Of a DNA stretch of 64,000 bases, positions 36,791 through 50,089 are shown piece after piece. Source of the stretch: Vicugna vicugna. Taxonomy: Eukaryota. Position 1 is the first letter of the stretch; every line of letters starts with the position of its first letter. The stretch is from positions 2,848,344 through 2,912,343 of the forward strand of contig MU063176.1 of the NCBI GenBank assembly GCA_013265495.1, read 5' to 3'. Under the pieces are notes generated by a model. The model did no database searches. It worked only from the letters and a program-made list of their open reading frames with translations, and was not told where the DNA came from. The position numbers and the translations under genes were made by a program.

Positions 36791-37609
36791 ACTATTGGCC
36801 TGAGCTCTTCCACCCATTCACTGACCTTAGAGAAATTCCTTCCCTTCTCTGAGCCTCAGCTCACCCAAGGTGGTTAGGTTTGATTCTCTGCTAGAACCTT
36901 CCAGCTCTGGTATTCTGTGCTAGGAAAATTCAGCATTCCTGCAAACTCTCAGAGCTGGGCCACAAAGCAGCACCCCAGCAGGTCACAGGGGTCTCTCTGC
37001 TGAAGCACTACCATCACTGAGGTCACCACAGACCCAAAGGTCCATCATAGTAAAACCATTTCGTTCCAAATTCCTTTGGACCGGCCGAGGCTCATTCACT
37101 CCAAATTATAACCCAAAGGCCCAGGAACACAGCTGGAAGGAGCTGGCCCTCAGGGGCCCCTCTGGGGATCCCTGGGTGTCCTGTCCTCGCTTCTGAGAGC
37201 GAGCAAGCGGGGCTTACCGCGGGCGTCTCGCTGCGGCTGGCGCCCGGGCATCCAGCTGGCAGAGCCATTTCCATCTCTCTCACACGCCCCCGGATGGGAA
37301 ATGATTCATGAAAACCAAGAAGGTAAAATTAGCCCAAAGGCTGCCGAGTAATTTATGCAGCCAACAGCCCCAGGAGGGAGGGAAGGCCCCTGCTGCCAGC
37401 TCCGTGTGGCCTCCTGGGGGCTGGTGGAGGCCAGCCTGGCCGTCAGGAGCCTCTGCCTCTGGGGTCTTCTATTTCTGGACTCAGCCTCCAGGACTGCTGG
37501 CAAGGCTTCCGGAGCTCTCTCTGACCCTTGCCCCACCCACTCAACAGATCCGCAAATGCCACTGGGAGCCGGCTAAGTGTCAGTGGATCGCTGGGAAGAC
37601 ACACACGCA

Positions 37610-37765
37610 TTTCATCCTCACTTCAACCTTAGGGAGAAAGTTTCACCTCCTCTGTTTTATAGGTGAGGAAACTGAGGCTCAGAGAGGCCAAGTGGGTGGC
37701 CAAAGGTAAGTGGCAAAGCTCGAATTCAAACTCGATCTCGTGACCTCCAAAAGTGGTGCTTCCCC
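37610..37765 (-). mobile_element. MIR SINE
   Basis: ttttataggtgaggaaactgaggctcagagagg. Confidence 0.8.
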
Positions 37766-39009
37766 AGACACAGGGTGCTGTATGCCCAACCCTGAGTTCT
37801 CAGGCTGGGGCGAGGGGGGCGGACCCGGCGGGGTTCCCTGGCAAGTCCCACCACGCCCTGTCATGTGCTTCTCACAGTCTCAGGACTGTCTAGGATCAGA
37901 ACCTTGTCCTCGATTCCAAGTCCAGTTGTTTCAACTGGCAAGGTGGAGAGTCCCCACTATCCCAGTTTCTTCGAAAGGGTTTGAAAAAAATGCTAGTCTG
38001 GGTCCCGAGGCATAAATCATACCCCTAAAAAGGAGGGAAAGAACAGCAGGTATCAGCAAGCCCCATGGTCCCACTTCATGGGGCCGTACACCAAGGTCCA
38101 GAGAGGGGAAGGAACTTACTCAAGGCCGCACAGCAGAGCCTGGGATGGAACTGAAGCTCCTGAGTCCTGCTGCAGAGAACCTACTGTCAGAGCTGTTCAC
38201 AAAGAGAGCAAATCTGAATTGGGGGTGGGGGGGATTCCCTGCACACAGGGGTAGCTGAGGTGGGAGTCACCCAAGACGTCCAGGGGCCCTTGATCTGGTC
38301 CTGCCCCAGGCATCTGGCCCACTTCTGCAACCAGTGAGCAACTGGCGAGGGCTTCTCACCAGGCAGTAGGTGAGGCCGTCTCAAATCCCGTTCCACACCT
38401 GTGGGAACTGGGGTGAGTCACTTTGCCTCCCCAAGCCTGGAGGAAAGATGGACGTGGGAAATTGACAAGAAAGCGTGTGTGCGTGAACCACCCAGGGGGC
38501 TGTGAGTGTCCCAGAGGAACGCAGGGGTCCTGTACGAACTCGGTCACGGTGCTCACCCTCACCCCCTCTGGCCCCTGGCTCTGCCCGAGGAAATCCAAGG
38601 CCAGCCATGAGTGACACCCCTCACCCACCCATGCAGAGAAGTTGCCTCTGTCCCCCAGGGCGGGCAGCTGTGCGCCGGTGAGACAGCTCAGAGCAGCACC
38701 ACCCATTCCCAGGACGGTTCAGAGCAGCTCAGAGGCACCGTCTCCCCAGAGTGACCGCAGGTGCCGTGGCCCGGTCCTGAGCTCAGCACTTTCAAATATC
38801 ACTGCCCTGGACCCTCCCAACAACACTGGAGAAAAGGTAACTGGGTACTCGTTTTAGGGACATTCAGAGAAGCTGAGTCACTTGTCCAAAGTCTCACATC
38901 CAGTCACACAATTATTCACTTGACAAATATGAACCAAGTGCCCGCTGTGCATCAGGCGCTGTCCCAGGATGAGACAGGTGTGTTGTGGCCCTCCTGGCCA
39001 TGAGAGGCG

Positions 39010-39245
39010 TTGTAGTGGCTCACTGGCAACCTCCAGCCACTCTTTCGGGATTCAAATCCCAGCTTCAACCCCCTATGACCTTGGGAAGTCACCTCTCTGG
39101 GCCACGGTTTCCTCAGTAAATGGAGAATAATAATGGTTTATACCAGGAGGTAATTCTGAGGATTAAGTGAAGTATTACAGGTTACAACTTAGACTAGCAC
39201 CTGGCACATAGTAAATGCTCAATAAACATGGATAGTTATTGTTGA
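39010..39245 (+). mobile_element. MIR SINE
   Basis: ttcaaatcccagct...tgaccttgggaagtca...cacctggcacatagtaaatgctcaataaa. Confidence 0.85.
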
Positions 39246-40989
39246 ACCAGGACGCAAGCTCACGTCCCTCCAACCCAACACCCACGCTCTTAACTCTAAG
39301 CTAGGCTGGCTCAGTTTCTTGGGTGTGACCCAGTAGCATGGCCGGTGAGGGTCTACGTCTTGATCAGGAAGTGGGTTTGAGTCCCCTTTCTGCTGGCCGC
39401 CAGTTCAGCCCAGCCCAGCCCCTGGGCCTTTCTGAGCCTCTCTTTCTCCACTCTTAACATGGCCCCATGATGGCTGCTCTCCTGCCTCCCTGGAGAAGTA
39501 CCCAGAGTCCCCAGTGTTGCTGCAGGCCCCTGCCCACACCACGGGACAGGCCCAGAGAGCAAGGCCAGCTGAAGCAGCCACACTCTGCCCTCTGCCACCT
39601 CTGGCTACTAAGAGGGTTTGTGTTTAGTGCTGGGGACGGGCAGGGCCCCAGGCCAGCCACCGTGCTTCTTGCCTCTCAGGAAATAATCCCAGCCCTCTGT
39701 GCTCACTCACCACAGATGCCACTGACCAGAGGGCAAGAGGTCAAGCAGGGCTGCCCCGCTGGGCACTTTCTGCCAAGACTATCATGTTGGGTAGCCTCGC
39801 GTAAAAGAACTGAATGAGGAGCCAGACAGCCCAGGTATATTCCCAACCCTGCCAGAGGTTAACTGTGTGGCTTTGGGAAAGTCACTTAATGTCTCTGGGC
39901 CTCAGTTTCCACATCTGTGAAACGGCTTTGACCAGGCTGCCTACTTCACCAGGTGGCCGTGTGGAGCCAGTAAGATGGTGACATAAAGGTGGTTTAGAAC
40001 CTGAAAGGGGTTGGGGGGGATGGAGGTGTGAGAGAAAGAGCCCAGGGGCCACCCTTTCCAGCAGCACTACCCATACAGTCACCTGCAGAGATTCGTCCCA
40101 GGGGCTGAAAGGTAAACCCAGGCCTGGACCAGCCAGTGTGGCCCAGAGGGGCCCCTGAGCTCTCAGGGGAGAGGTTGGCCCCATGCTGCTTGCTTCTCCT
40201 GCCCACCACACAGGCCAAGGGAGATCAAATCCCCGGCCACAACAGGTCCCATTGAGAGCTGGCAAATCTGCTCAAGGTGTGGGTTACGTTACGCCACCAC
40301 CGCCAAGCAAAGGGTCAGGCTGACCTCCTTCCCTCCCTGTAGGCCCCGATCCAGAACCTGCAGGGCCAAGCCGGGCAGAAATCTGATCACCCACTGCATT
40401 CCCAGGCAGCAGTCTCCTCTGGGAAATCAGTGGACAGTGGGATGAAGCCATTGTAAAGGCTGGAGCCATCCTGGGTTGCCCACAGAGGTGTGTCTGGAGC
40501 TAATGCAATCAAGAGACCCCAGGCTAATATTATTAGGATGTTACAAGGTGCTTGGCGCAGCATTTTGCACTTTGTGTGTGTTATCTTACTTGGTTCTCAG
40601 AGAAGCTCTATGATAGAGATGTTACTGTCATGTCTATTTTACAAAGGATAAAACTAGGCACAGAGAGGTTAAGCCGAGTTCCCAGAAACACCAGGATTTG
40701 AAGCAAGGCATTTGGACTCCAGAGTCCACTTATCACAGCAGCCACCCAAGAGTGGAGTTATTCAAAAACATGCCTTTTGAGTAAGGGGAGAAAAACCTAA
40801 GTACGAAAGGGAAAAGGCTGCGGGGGCCATGGCCACTGATTCCAGGTCTCTGGGGACAGGGAGGGAGCAGGGGGCCGGGAGCAGACATTCCCCCTGGCTA
40901 AAAAGAGATTCAGGAATACTCAGGGACCCACAGGGGGGCATTTGGTTCTCTGCAAAGTCTCAGTGGATAGATGTTAAATACTGCACAAT

Positions 40990-41500
40990 ACTTTTTTAAA
41001 AATGCAACAGGCTCCCATAACCCAGCAGTAGCTACTCTAAATATGACCAAGGAGGCAAAGCAATAAAATCAGAAGTAACCTAAATGTCCAGTGGTAGGAG
41101 AATGGCTAAATAAGTGATGGCCCTCTCCACTGATACATACACTCATTTCAAAAAAAAAAAAAAAAGAAGGAAAAGAAAAGAAAACAATCGTGGTAAACTC
41201 ACTATGTAAAACTATGACTAGATTTCCTAGATCCAATGCTAAGTGAGAAAAACAATATGCAGAATGAAACCATTTGTTTAAACACACACACACACACAAT
41301 AATGGTGCATATTCCTGTAGGTTCTGTGTGCAATGTGTAGACAAAGGCCTATAAGGTTATTACCAAAGTAGTAACAGTGATGATTAACCTTGCAGAGGAG
41401 GCTGGAATGTCGTGGTTCTCAAGAAAGAAAATATTTCACCTTTTAAATAATATGTTTTTTAACAGCAAAGATGTATCTGTATATTCCTTACATAGTTAAA
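40990..41500 (+). mobile_element. Old L1ME-like fragment with internal A-run and (CA)n
   Basis: aacctaaatgtccagtggtaggagaatggctaaataag. Confidence 0.55.
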
Positions 41501-44500
41501 ACTTAGCAAAACAGCATTAAAAAGACACAGTGAGCTGTCTTGGGGACCGGGAGCTGCTGGTCCCTGGAAGTGTGCAGGCATCTGCACTGGGGTGGAGGGA
41601 TGTACCGTGATGGGGTGGGTCTGGCCTTTTTGAACCTCAGAGCCTCATCAGGAGAGTGGGAGCAAAGCCCTCCTGTCCCCACCCACCATGAGTGGCTGTA
41701 AGGAGCACAGAGCACCAGACCCTGCAGGAGGGACAGGTCAGGAGTTGTGGCCCCTCAGTGACCCAGTCAGAGGCACGCAGGTCAGCTGCTGAGAGTCTGT
41801 CTCCTGCAGTCCAGCTCTCCCTCTCCCCTTCCCCCAGTAATTCCTAGCCCCAGCCCTGGGTCCAAGCAGCCCCCATGCCCCTGGCCAGCATGCCTGACCT
41901 CAGCCTCAGACTCCCAGGATGGGGGCTGCGCCTTTGGGAAGACCTCACAGTGGGGACAAGAATTCAGGAAGGAAGGAGGAGGAAGTAGATGTAAAACGCT
42001 TATAGGGCTGACTGCCTCTGACTGTGACACTGAACCCAGATGACAGCCCAGGCCACACAGTGAGCCCTAATTCCCAACAGGCTGAGCTTCAGTCCCAGCC
42101 AGACCCCTAGCCCTACTCAGGCACTGGCTCCTGACAATATAACCAGCGAAGATCCATGAAGCTCTGAATTTCAAGACAGCTTTGGAGTCAAGAAGAGAGC
42201 CAAGAGATATGGGTCTGGGACCCAGCTCTGCTTCTGACTTCCTATAAGCCCTTGACAAAGTCACTGACCCCCATGGAGCCTCAAATCCCTCATCTGCAAA
42301 ACAGGCTCACAGGATCTACCTCCCAAGCCTGCTGTGTTGATGAAGTGAGATATTGTCCACTTAGCCCCTTTGTGAGCCACACAGAGTCCCACAAAACACA
42401 AGGCCCCATCTGTGCCATGGACACAGGGCACTGAGAAAAGGAGGTGGCAACTTCTGAATGTGCTACAAGTATGGGAGCCCAGGGGCAGCCAGAAAGGAGC
42501 CCGTTGCTGGCCCCAGGCAGGGACCAGGAAGCAGCAGAGGGATTCTCCGGGAGAGAAGGGCGCAGGAGGAGACAGGAGTGAGTCCGAAAGGGCAGTGGAG
42601 CCCTTCTTGGCCACTGTCCCAGGCTGAGGGTCAGGGTGCTCTGGGAGGGCAGGGAGCCACTGGCAGGTGCCAGGGAGGAGTCTGGTTTCTACCTGAATCT
42701 GGGGGAGCGGGCCCCTGGGAGCCGGGCCAGCGAGTCCTCGCCTCACCGCTGGCCCAGGGAGCCAGGGCAGACAGACAGAGCTACAAGGGCAATCAAGGGA
42801 GAGGAAGAGCAAAGTTCGGCCACTGCCAGAAATTGAGACAGGCTGCGGCCAGCAAAGGGCAGGCCTGGGAGGACTCCACCTGGGAGGCAAAGCGGCTTGG
42901 GTCATGCAGAGCAGGCTCAGGGGCCTGCGAGGAGAGGGGAGGGCCCTGGAGAAGCAAGAGTGGAAATCCTGGGCTCTGGTGGGGGGTGGGCAGCAGGACA
43001 AAGCCTGAGGTGGGTCCAGCTGCCCCAGAGCTGCCCAGGCCTCCCTCCCCCACTGCCAGGGCTTTGGCAATACTGAGCCCAACATGGGACCAGCCCATGG
43101 GACAGGGAGCCAGGGGGTCCGAGGACTTAAGCCACAAGCCTCCAAGCAAGATCAACGAGAGCATCCCAATGACTCCCGCGAACGCCTGCCCAGCCCCATC
43201 CCGCAGGATCCCCGGCAGCTGGACTTCCCGCTGAATGGCAGCCAGACAGCCCAGCCTGCTGTGGGGCCCAGCTGACAGGGAGCTGCAGGGCGGGAGCCAG
43301 AGACTGGGCCACCCTGAACAGGGCCCCGAGGAGGATGGTGTAGGTGGGGCTGGCAGGAGAGGCGCTTCCCACAGCTCCCTCCTAGGCAGGCTGCTGTGCT
43401 CCCCGTGGACTTGTGGCCACACGTAGGCCCAGGTGCACTGTGGTCTGTTCCCAGGGACCCCAGAACAAGGCAGATCACCTCCTTTTGGGACAGGAGGCTG
43501 CGCCAGAGCTGAGTCTGCCCTGACACACGCTCTCTGCTCCCTTGAGCTGGCCCAGGTTGGGACACCAACTGTTCCACACCAAGTGCCACAAATGCAGGCC
43601 TTGCCCATCACAGGGTTCGTGCAGGAAGCAACTTCAGGCCCCCGTTGACTGCTTACCTCCTAAATGGACCCCACACCATCACACACCAGGCTCCTGGTGC
43701 CTGGCCAACACCCCAAACTCAGCCTCAGACTACAGGCCTCCCACCCACACTCCCAAGCATGGCTCTGGACTCCTAGGGCGTGGCTGGCACAGCCCCTGTG
43801 AGATCACAGCACTGGCAGCTTAGGGCAGTGGGGACAAGAGCGTTCTGCCTTGGCCATCCAACCACATCAGATGCCGACCACTGAACAGAACAGACTGGGA
43901 AGCCCTGCTGCTCACGCTGAAGAACTGCCTGCCTGTCCAGCCAGGACTGACTCCCAGGGCAGCCAGGCACCTACAGAACTATGGGGTCTGCCTACCAGCA
44001 ACTCACTGCACTGGGGACCAGGGAGCAGCCTTCCTCAAGGCTGAAGACTAAAAGGAAGCCCCCTAATGGCCCTTTCAGTCCTGTAAAGCACCTACTCAGC
44101 CTGGATCTCATCTCCCACCTCAGGACCTCTGCCACCAGGACAGTCTTCAGCTCTCAGATCCTTAGCCTGGCATTCGAGGCCTCCCTGGTCTGGCCCTAAC
44201 CTGCCTCTCCAGGGCCATTCTGCCATCTCTTCTCCAAACACCCTGATCACCTGCCCTTCCCTGAACCATCAGATCCTCACGTTGCCTGCCTTTGCACATA
44301 CTGTTCCCAGTGCCTAAAATGTCCTTCCTTCTTCCTCCACCTGGCAAACTCCTACTTCTCCTTCAAGGCCCAGCTGGACGTCACTTCTGGGAAGCCTGAT
44401 CACACTCTCCCTCCCCCACCACCAAGGAAGAACACTTGCTCCCGTCCCCACCAAGTCCCTGAGCAGCAAGGCACTGCCTACCTTCAATCACAGTTAGGAT

Positions 44501-45084
44501 CTGGGCCAGAGCTGCTCAAACTATTTGTGGTAAAGAGATTTGTTTTTTTTTTAAAGTTTTCCAGTCTGTTGCCAACTGACGCTTTTGTTAATTACAATAT
44601 AAAATGACGCTGCTGTGTCAGTGAGTTTCTCAACAGTTCTCTCAGTGTCTGTACATGTCTCACTGCAGACCAGTCACACAGAGATCACAGATGGGCAATG
44701 GTCGGCAGACCACCCTCTCCATGGCACTGTTGGGGCCCTGCCCCTGGTTTTCCCAGAGGGACCTACGTGGAGGGCCCATCACATTAGGTTTATATTTGGA
44801 CCTCCAGAGCCTAAGGGGGCACTCTGTGAACATCAGCTGACCCAAGTATTGGATGGGAGGGTCCCAACAGCCCTGTAACAGGGGTAGTACCTGTGCTAGG
44901 CATCTCCATTTCACAGATGAGCACATAGGAGCACAGAGAGGGTGACTGGCCTGATTTCACAGCTGGCCCACGCTGAACTTCTCCGAACTGCCCAGCACCA
45001 CGGGGGCAGATATTTGGAAACTGCAACCCTCCAGTCCACTCTCCCTCCCAGCACAGGCTCCTGACAGCATTTCCCACTGCAGTA

Positions 45085-45320
45085 ACAGTGAGGCAGCCCC
45101 ATTCAGGAGTGAAGAGCTCACTCTCCAGACTCAGACCAGACCTGGGCTCAAATCCTGGCTCAGCCTTTCATAGCTGTATGGCCTTGGGTAAGTCATCTGA
45201 CTTCTCTGGGCCTCAATTTCTCCTCTATTAACTGAGACTAATAACACGAGTTGGGCAGCAGGCTTCAGGCTGAGTCTATGCAGACCTATAGGTCTCATTC
45301 AGGTTTGGCTAATACTGATG
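45085..45320 (+). mobile_element. MIR SINE
   Basis: cctgggctcaaatcctggctc...ggccttgggtaagtca...ggcctcaatttctcct. Confidence 0.8.
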
Positions 45321-47884
45321 TTTATGAAAGACCTGGCATCACCCAGTCTGAAACTCTGACCTGGACCTTCCCTTTCTGCTCACCCTCCCCACAAGACCCA
45401 ACATCTTCTCTTCAGGGCAAATTCTTCCCTGGTTGCTGAGTTTGCCGATTTCCTGGAAGATCTCATGGCCCTGCCCTCCCCTGCCCCAGGCTAAGGGGCT
45501 TCTCCCTTCTATCCTGCCTACCTTCCTGGAACACCTCAAGCCTCTGATCCTCTTCACCTCCTCTCCAAATACCAGCCCCCTCTGGAACACAGCTGGTCTG
45601 AGGGGCAGCCTTGCACCACCCTGGGAAAATGCCCCCTGTTTGGCTGGGTTAGGGCAGTGAAGAGTTCGGTTGTGAGGTCGAGTCAGGGCTGCAACTCCAC
45701 CCCCACCCCCCCACGCCCGCTCCCCAGCCCACCCTCCCTGTACCTTGGGCCATGACAACGCTGAGTTCATCCTGGCTGGGTCACAGTCGGCTGCCCCCCC
45801 AGGAGGCTCACTCCCTGCGGGGGCTGAGGGTCCCATGGGCTGCTCCCCGTTCCCCTCAGCCGTCCCGGAGCCTCCCAAGCCGGCCATCTCCATCCCCTGG
45901 GCATCGGGCAGCAGGATCCCTTCCTGGCCCTCAGCACTTTTCCTTGGGGAAAGTACGAGATAGTGGAAGAAGCCACTCTGGGAAAGCTGACATTGTGGGG
46001 GTGGTTCCATATTTACATGCTCGGTGACGTCCATATCAGCCCAGCCCAAGACAAGCTAATCTTCCTGCCTGCTGGGCCCTTTCGCCCTCAACCCCGCCCA
46101 GAGAAGGAGCCCCCTGGTCACCACCTCCTCCCGCCCCAAGGTCCCTCATGCACGGTACCCGGGGGCTGCTGCCTCTGACCCCTCGGGATGGGGTGAGCTC
46201 CTGCCACTGAGGATATTCAAGCTGTTCAAGCATCGGCTGGACATCCTGTCCTTTCGAAGGGGAGGGCCCAGAGACTAAGCCAAACACTCTCAAAGGTCCC
46301 CATTCTGCCCTGATTCTAGGAAGAGGGGGACAGGCGTACAGAGGAAAGGATGCTAGATTTGGAGGTAGAATTTTAGCTTGGTCACTCCCTAAATTGTATG
46401 ACTTCCAGCAAGTCACCTCCCATCTCTGAGCCAGTTTTCCAGCTATAAAATGGGGTTCATGAGAGCCGGCCTGTTTGCCTCGTGGGACAATGAAAAAAGG
46501 ATTTGGGAGAAGAGTGACATTGGGAAGAGAGTCCTGGGTTGCCCTTGAGGATCAGGTAGGGTGGGGAAGAGAGAGGGGTGGAAGGGAAAGCCCTAGAAGG
46601 CCCTGACGGCTCCAGAAGCCCAGGTGTGCCTCACTTTGCAAAGGGGTCCCCACCCCTCAGCACCTACCCCTGACCTGAGGCTGATGCAGGGAGCAAGACA
46701 GCCAGCAGCCCTCTGTCCTTCTCCACCTCTGCTCCCCTCATCCAGAGACTTTCCACTGGAGGTCCCTCATCTGTCCAGATGTGCCGGCAAGATCTGACCC
46801 ATGAGGCTCCTGGGTGGGAAGATGGTCCTGAAACTGGCTGTGTAAACCAAGAGCTTAGAAATCAAACCAGGGTTTAAAGCAACCAGGGGACCTGCTGGGA
46901 ATTGTTACATAACACAAGCAGGCGACCCCTAAAGTCTCCTGGGTTAATGTGGTCTTCTCCAGGTGATTGGAAAGATTAGTTTATAGCTGTGTGAGCTGAA
47001 GCTAGTCACTTAACCTCTCTGAGCCCAAGTTTCCTCATCCAGAAAAGGATGTGGAAGAGGAGCCATTGTCAGGTGATCAAATATATGGTTCTCCTAAAAC
47101 ATGGTCCTGAAAATACGGAGGAAAACGTTTTCTTCCACAGAAGGTAGTGCAGGACTGACATTACCCTCCCCAATTACAGAAAGGGAGACTGAGGCCCAGG
47201 CATGTTTGACCTTGAACATAAGCCTGTGGTGAGTGTATAAGTGTCTGAAGGTGTGGCCAGGTCACCTTTAAGTAGAGAGACCCCCGTGAGTCACTCACTC
47301 TCTCATAGCCAGGTACCACTGTCCCCAGCAAAGGGCACAGGATTATTTCTGTGCCCTGGGGCATGCCTCCCTATGGTCATGACCTCACACCCAAGGAGGT
47401 GGCCCCAGAGCTGTCCCTGGGCCGCACACTGGTACTCAGTGCTGCTTCCTCTGGACAAGGCCAGCACTACTAATGATTCTCACTTTGCAGTTGAGGAAAC
47501 AGGCAACCCCAAGAGAGGGAGCCTCTGACCCACATCTCAAAGCCGCCACTTGGAGGAGCCGGATGAACCTGAGGGCCACGCCCCTACCCAGGGCCCAGCG
47601 TCTCCACCCACACGCTCCCCTGGCTCCCTCTCAGCTCCCCTCTCCCCATCTTATGTGGGATACTTACGTGGCTACTCAGAAATGAAGCCAGACACGCTCT
47701 AGGAAGCCTGCAGGCCCCAGAACTGTGCCCCAACGCTGAGCCTGTGTGGAGGGCCGAGTTCTGGCCCACCCCCTCCACCTTTCCTCTTGGACTGGCCCCC
47801 ACCACACCCTCATCCTCATCCTCTCCTACCTTGATTACCCTAACAGCCTCTGAATCGGCCTCCCTCCCTCCAGCCTCACACTAA

Positions 47885-47906
47885 GCTGCTGCTGCTGCTG
47901 CTGCTG
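47885..47906. repeat. (CTG)7 trinucleotide repeat
   Basis: gctgctgctgctgctgctgctg. Confidence 0.95.
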
Positions 47907-48054
47907 ATCTCTGGGACCTGGATCTGTTCTCCACGTCAGCTTTCTCCTCATAAAACCCTCTGTGGCTCCCAGAGGTTCCCCAGACAGACTGTAAACTGCC
48001 AGCACAGCAGTCCTAACCTTTTACAACCTGGCTGGGACAGATCATCAGGGTCAG

Positions 48055-48252
48055 GCGGAGGGCTCAGGAGCCAGGAGACTGGGTTCAAATCCCGGCTGTG
48101 CAGCTTACCAACTGGGAAACCTTGGGCAAGTTACTCCACCTCTCTGAGCCTCGGTTTCCTGAAGGGTAATAATAATACCAATATCAGGGTGCTGCTGGGA
48201 AGAGTAAATAGAAAATGCACGTGAAGCACTTTGCGCATAGTAAGTGCTCAAT
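48055..48252 (+). mobile_element. MIR SINE
   Basis: gggttcaaatcccggct...ccttgggcaagttact...tagtaagtgctcaa. Confidence 0.85.
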
Positions 48253-48640
48253 TCATTCACTCATTCCACGAATATGAGGCCTTACTAGGTACCATGCACT
48301 GTTCAGGTGGCACTGAACAAAACTGACAAAACTCTCGGCTCTCTGGGAGCTTACAGTATCATTAAAGGAGGCAGCCAAAAAACAACATAAATTGGTAAAA
48401 CATAGTACATGTTCTTTGCTATGTACGCAGGTGAAAAAAGAGCAGGGAAGCAGGGGGAAAAGGGGGCAGCGGTTGCAATTATAAATAAGAACATGCCCAC
48501 AAGAAGGTGACATTTGAGCAAATCCTGGGTGCAGGTGAGGGAGTCTGCCATGGAGATGATGGGTAAGAATGTTCTAGCAGCAGGAACAAGCAATGCAAAG
48601 GCCTTGAGGCAGGATCAGGATTGGTGCGTAAGTCATAATA
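48253..48640 (-). mobile_element. L2 3' end (antisense copy)
   Basis: ttcattcactcattccacgaatatgagg...gaaggtgacatttgagcaaatcctg. Confidence 0.75.
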
Positions 48641-48659
48641 TTATCATCATTATTATTCT

Positions 48660-49070
48660 CCTTCCAGTCTCATCTCCCTCCAGATCCTCCCTGACACACA
48701 CTCTCCAGCCAAATGAACTAGCTAAGCCTCTCCAAACCCTCCTGGGTGCCCATGCCTTTGTACAAGCCACACTCCATGCTGGAATGCCTCTTCCTTTTTT
48801 CTCCAACTCCTACTCATCCTTCAAAACCCAGCTGAAAGGGCTCCTCCTCAGGGAAGCTTTCTTCAACTTAGAGCCAATGGCTGTCTTCCTTGCACCCTTC
48901 TGCTATAACTTCTAACTGCCTGGTTAACTGCCCACCTTCCCCTGATGGTCTGTGAGTTTTGGAGGGGCAAGGACTGGGTTGCACACTGCACCCCCAAGCC
49001 TAATACAGCACATGGCTGTGTGCACTGACCATGTGATGAGTGAAGAACTAAAGGACACCCCAGGCCTCTC
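48660..49070 (+). mobile_element. L2 3' end (sense copy)
   Basis: gctggaatgcctcttcc...actcatccttcaaaacccagct...ggaggggcaaggactggg. Confidence 0.75.
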
Positions 49071-50089
49071 CTTTACACCTTTACAGAGCCTTAGTCCCAG
49101 GGACACCACCACAAGCATGCCTGCCTCTGTGAACACTGGCCTTTCCAACGCAGATACAAATCTGCAATAGGAAACAGGCTTTTTAAAAATAACAGCACAT
49201 TTTTCTTTTTTCTTCATTGTTTTCTTTTTTTTTTTTTTCTTTCTGCATGGCTTATTTTTCCGGTGCAGCCCTTGGGCCAGCTGCAGGGACCTCCCTCCCA
49301 AGCCCCATTGTACGAACCCAGGGCTCTGGGGCCTCTAAGGACTCCCAGGCCCCAACAGGGATGGAGATGCACCAGATGGTCCCAGACCAGCTCTGGCACC
49401 AAGGCCACCAGGAACCCTCCTGCTCATAGTACAAGGTTAGGTGGGTGTTACCTCCTGGAAACTTTATAATCCCATGTGACATTTTGAAAGGGGCTTCTCC
49501 TTGGTCGGTTTGGGGGTTCCCTGCCTTCACTCTAAGAGAGCATGCCTAGGGAGATGGCATCAGACTGCCAGGGTTCCAACTTGGTCAACCCATTATGTAA
49601 CCCTGGATCTTTTACTTCACCTCTTGGGGCCTCAGTTTCCCCATCAGTGAAATGGAAATAATAATACCTACCTTGTGGAGCTGTTTTCTGCATAGGGTAT
49701 GTGACATGCTTAGGACCATACCTGGCACACAGTGACCCTCAATAAACGTTAACTGCCTTCATCATCATTATCTTCATCTTCACCCGCCCTGGATCTCCTA
49801 CTGTGCAGCCCCTTTGCTGAATCATATACTCTCCAGAATAGAGACCTCAAGGGTCTAATAAATCTTACCGTCTTGGCCCTCTTTGAATTTTCTCTCATAC
49901 ATCCCAGAAACATGGTCCTTCTGGGACATGAGGAGCTTAGAATCTGTACTCTAGGGGCTAGTCACTTGGCCTGCCGTGCCTGACACCTCCTTCTAGCTAG
50001 ACCCACCTGCCCACACCCTAGGGAAGCAACATTCATTAATCCTGTCCTAGACCCCCAGCTCACCGTAAGCCAGCAACCAACGCTCAGAG

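Noticed and set aside
22184-37218. Roughly regular ~7.5-kb spacing of three GTAAGC donors
   Set aside because: Only two intervals (7656 and 7378 bp) and no continuation; treated as coincidence.
39946-39959. CTCF-like TCACCAGGTGGCCG (also weaker matches at 7326 and 38489)
   Set aside because: Mismatches at informative positions and no independent support.
42261-43611. Overlapping 258-294-aa ORFs
   Set aside because: Open in several frames on both strands because of high GC; no domain or coherent splice structure. May be regulatory, but I have no specific evidence.
47885-47906. (CTG)7 as an expansion-prone locus
   Set aside because: Too short and inside an L2 remnant; kept only as a feature.
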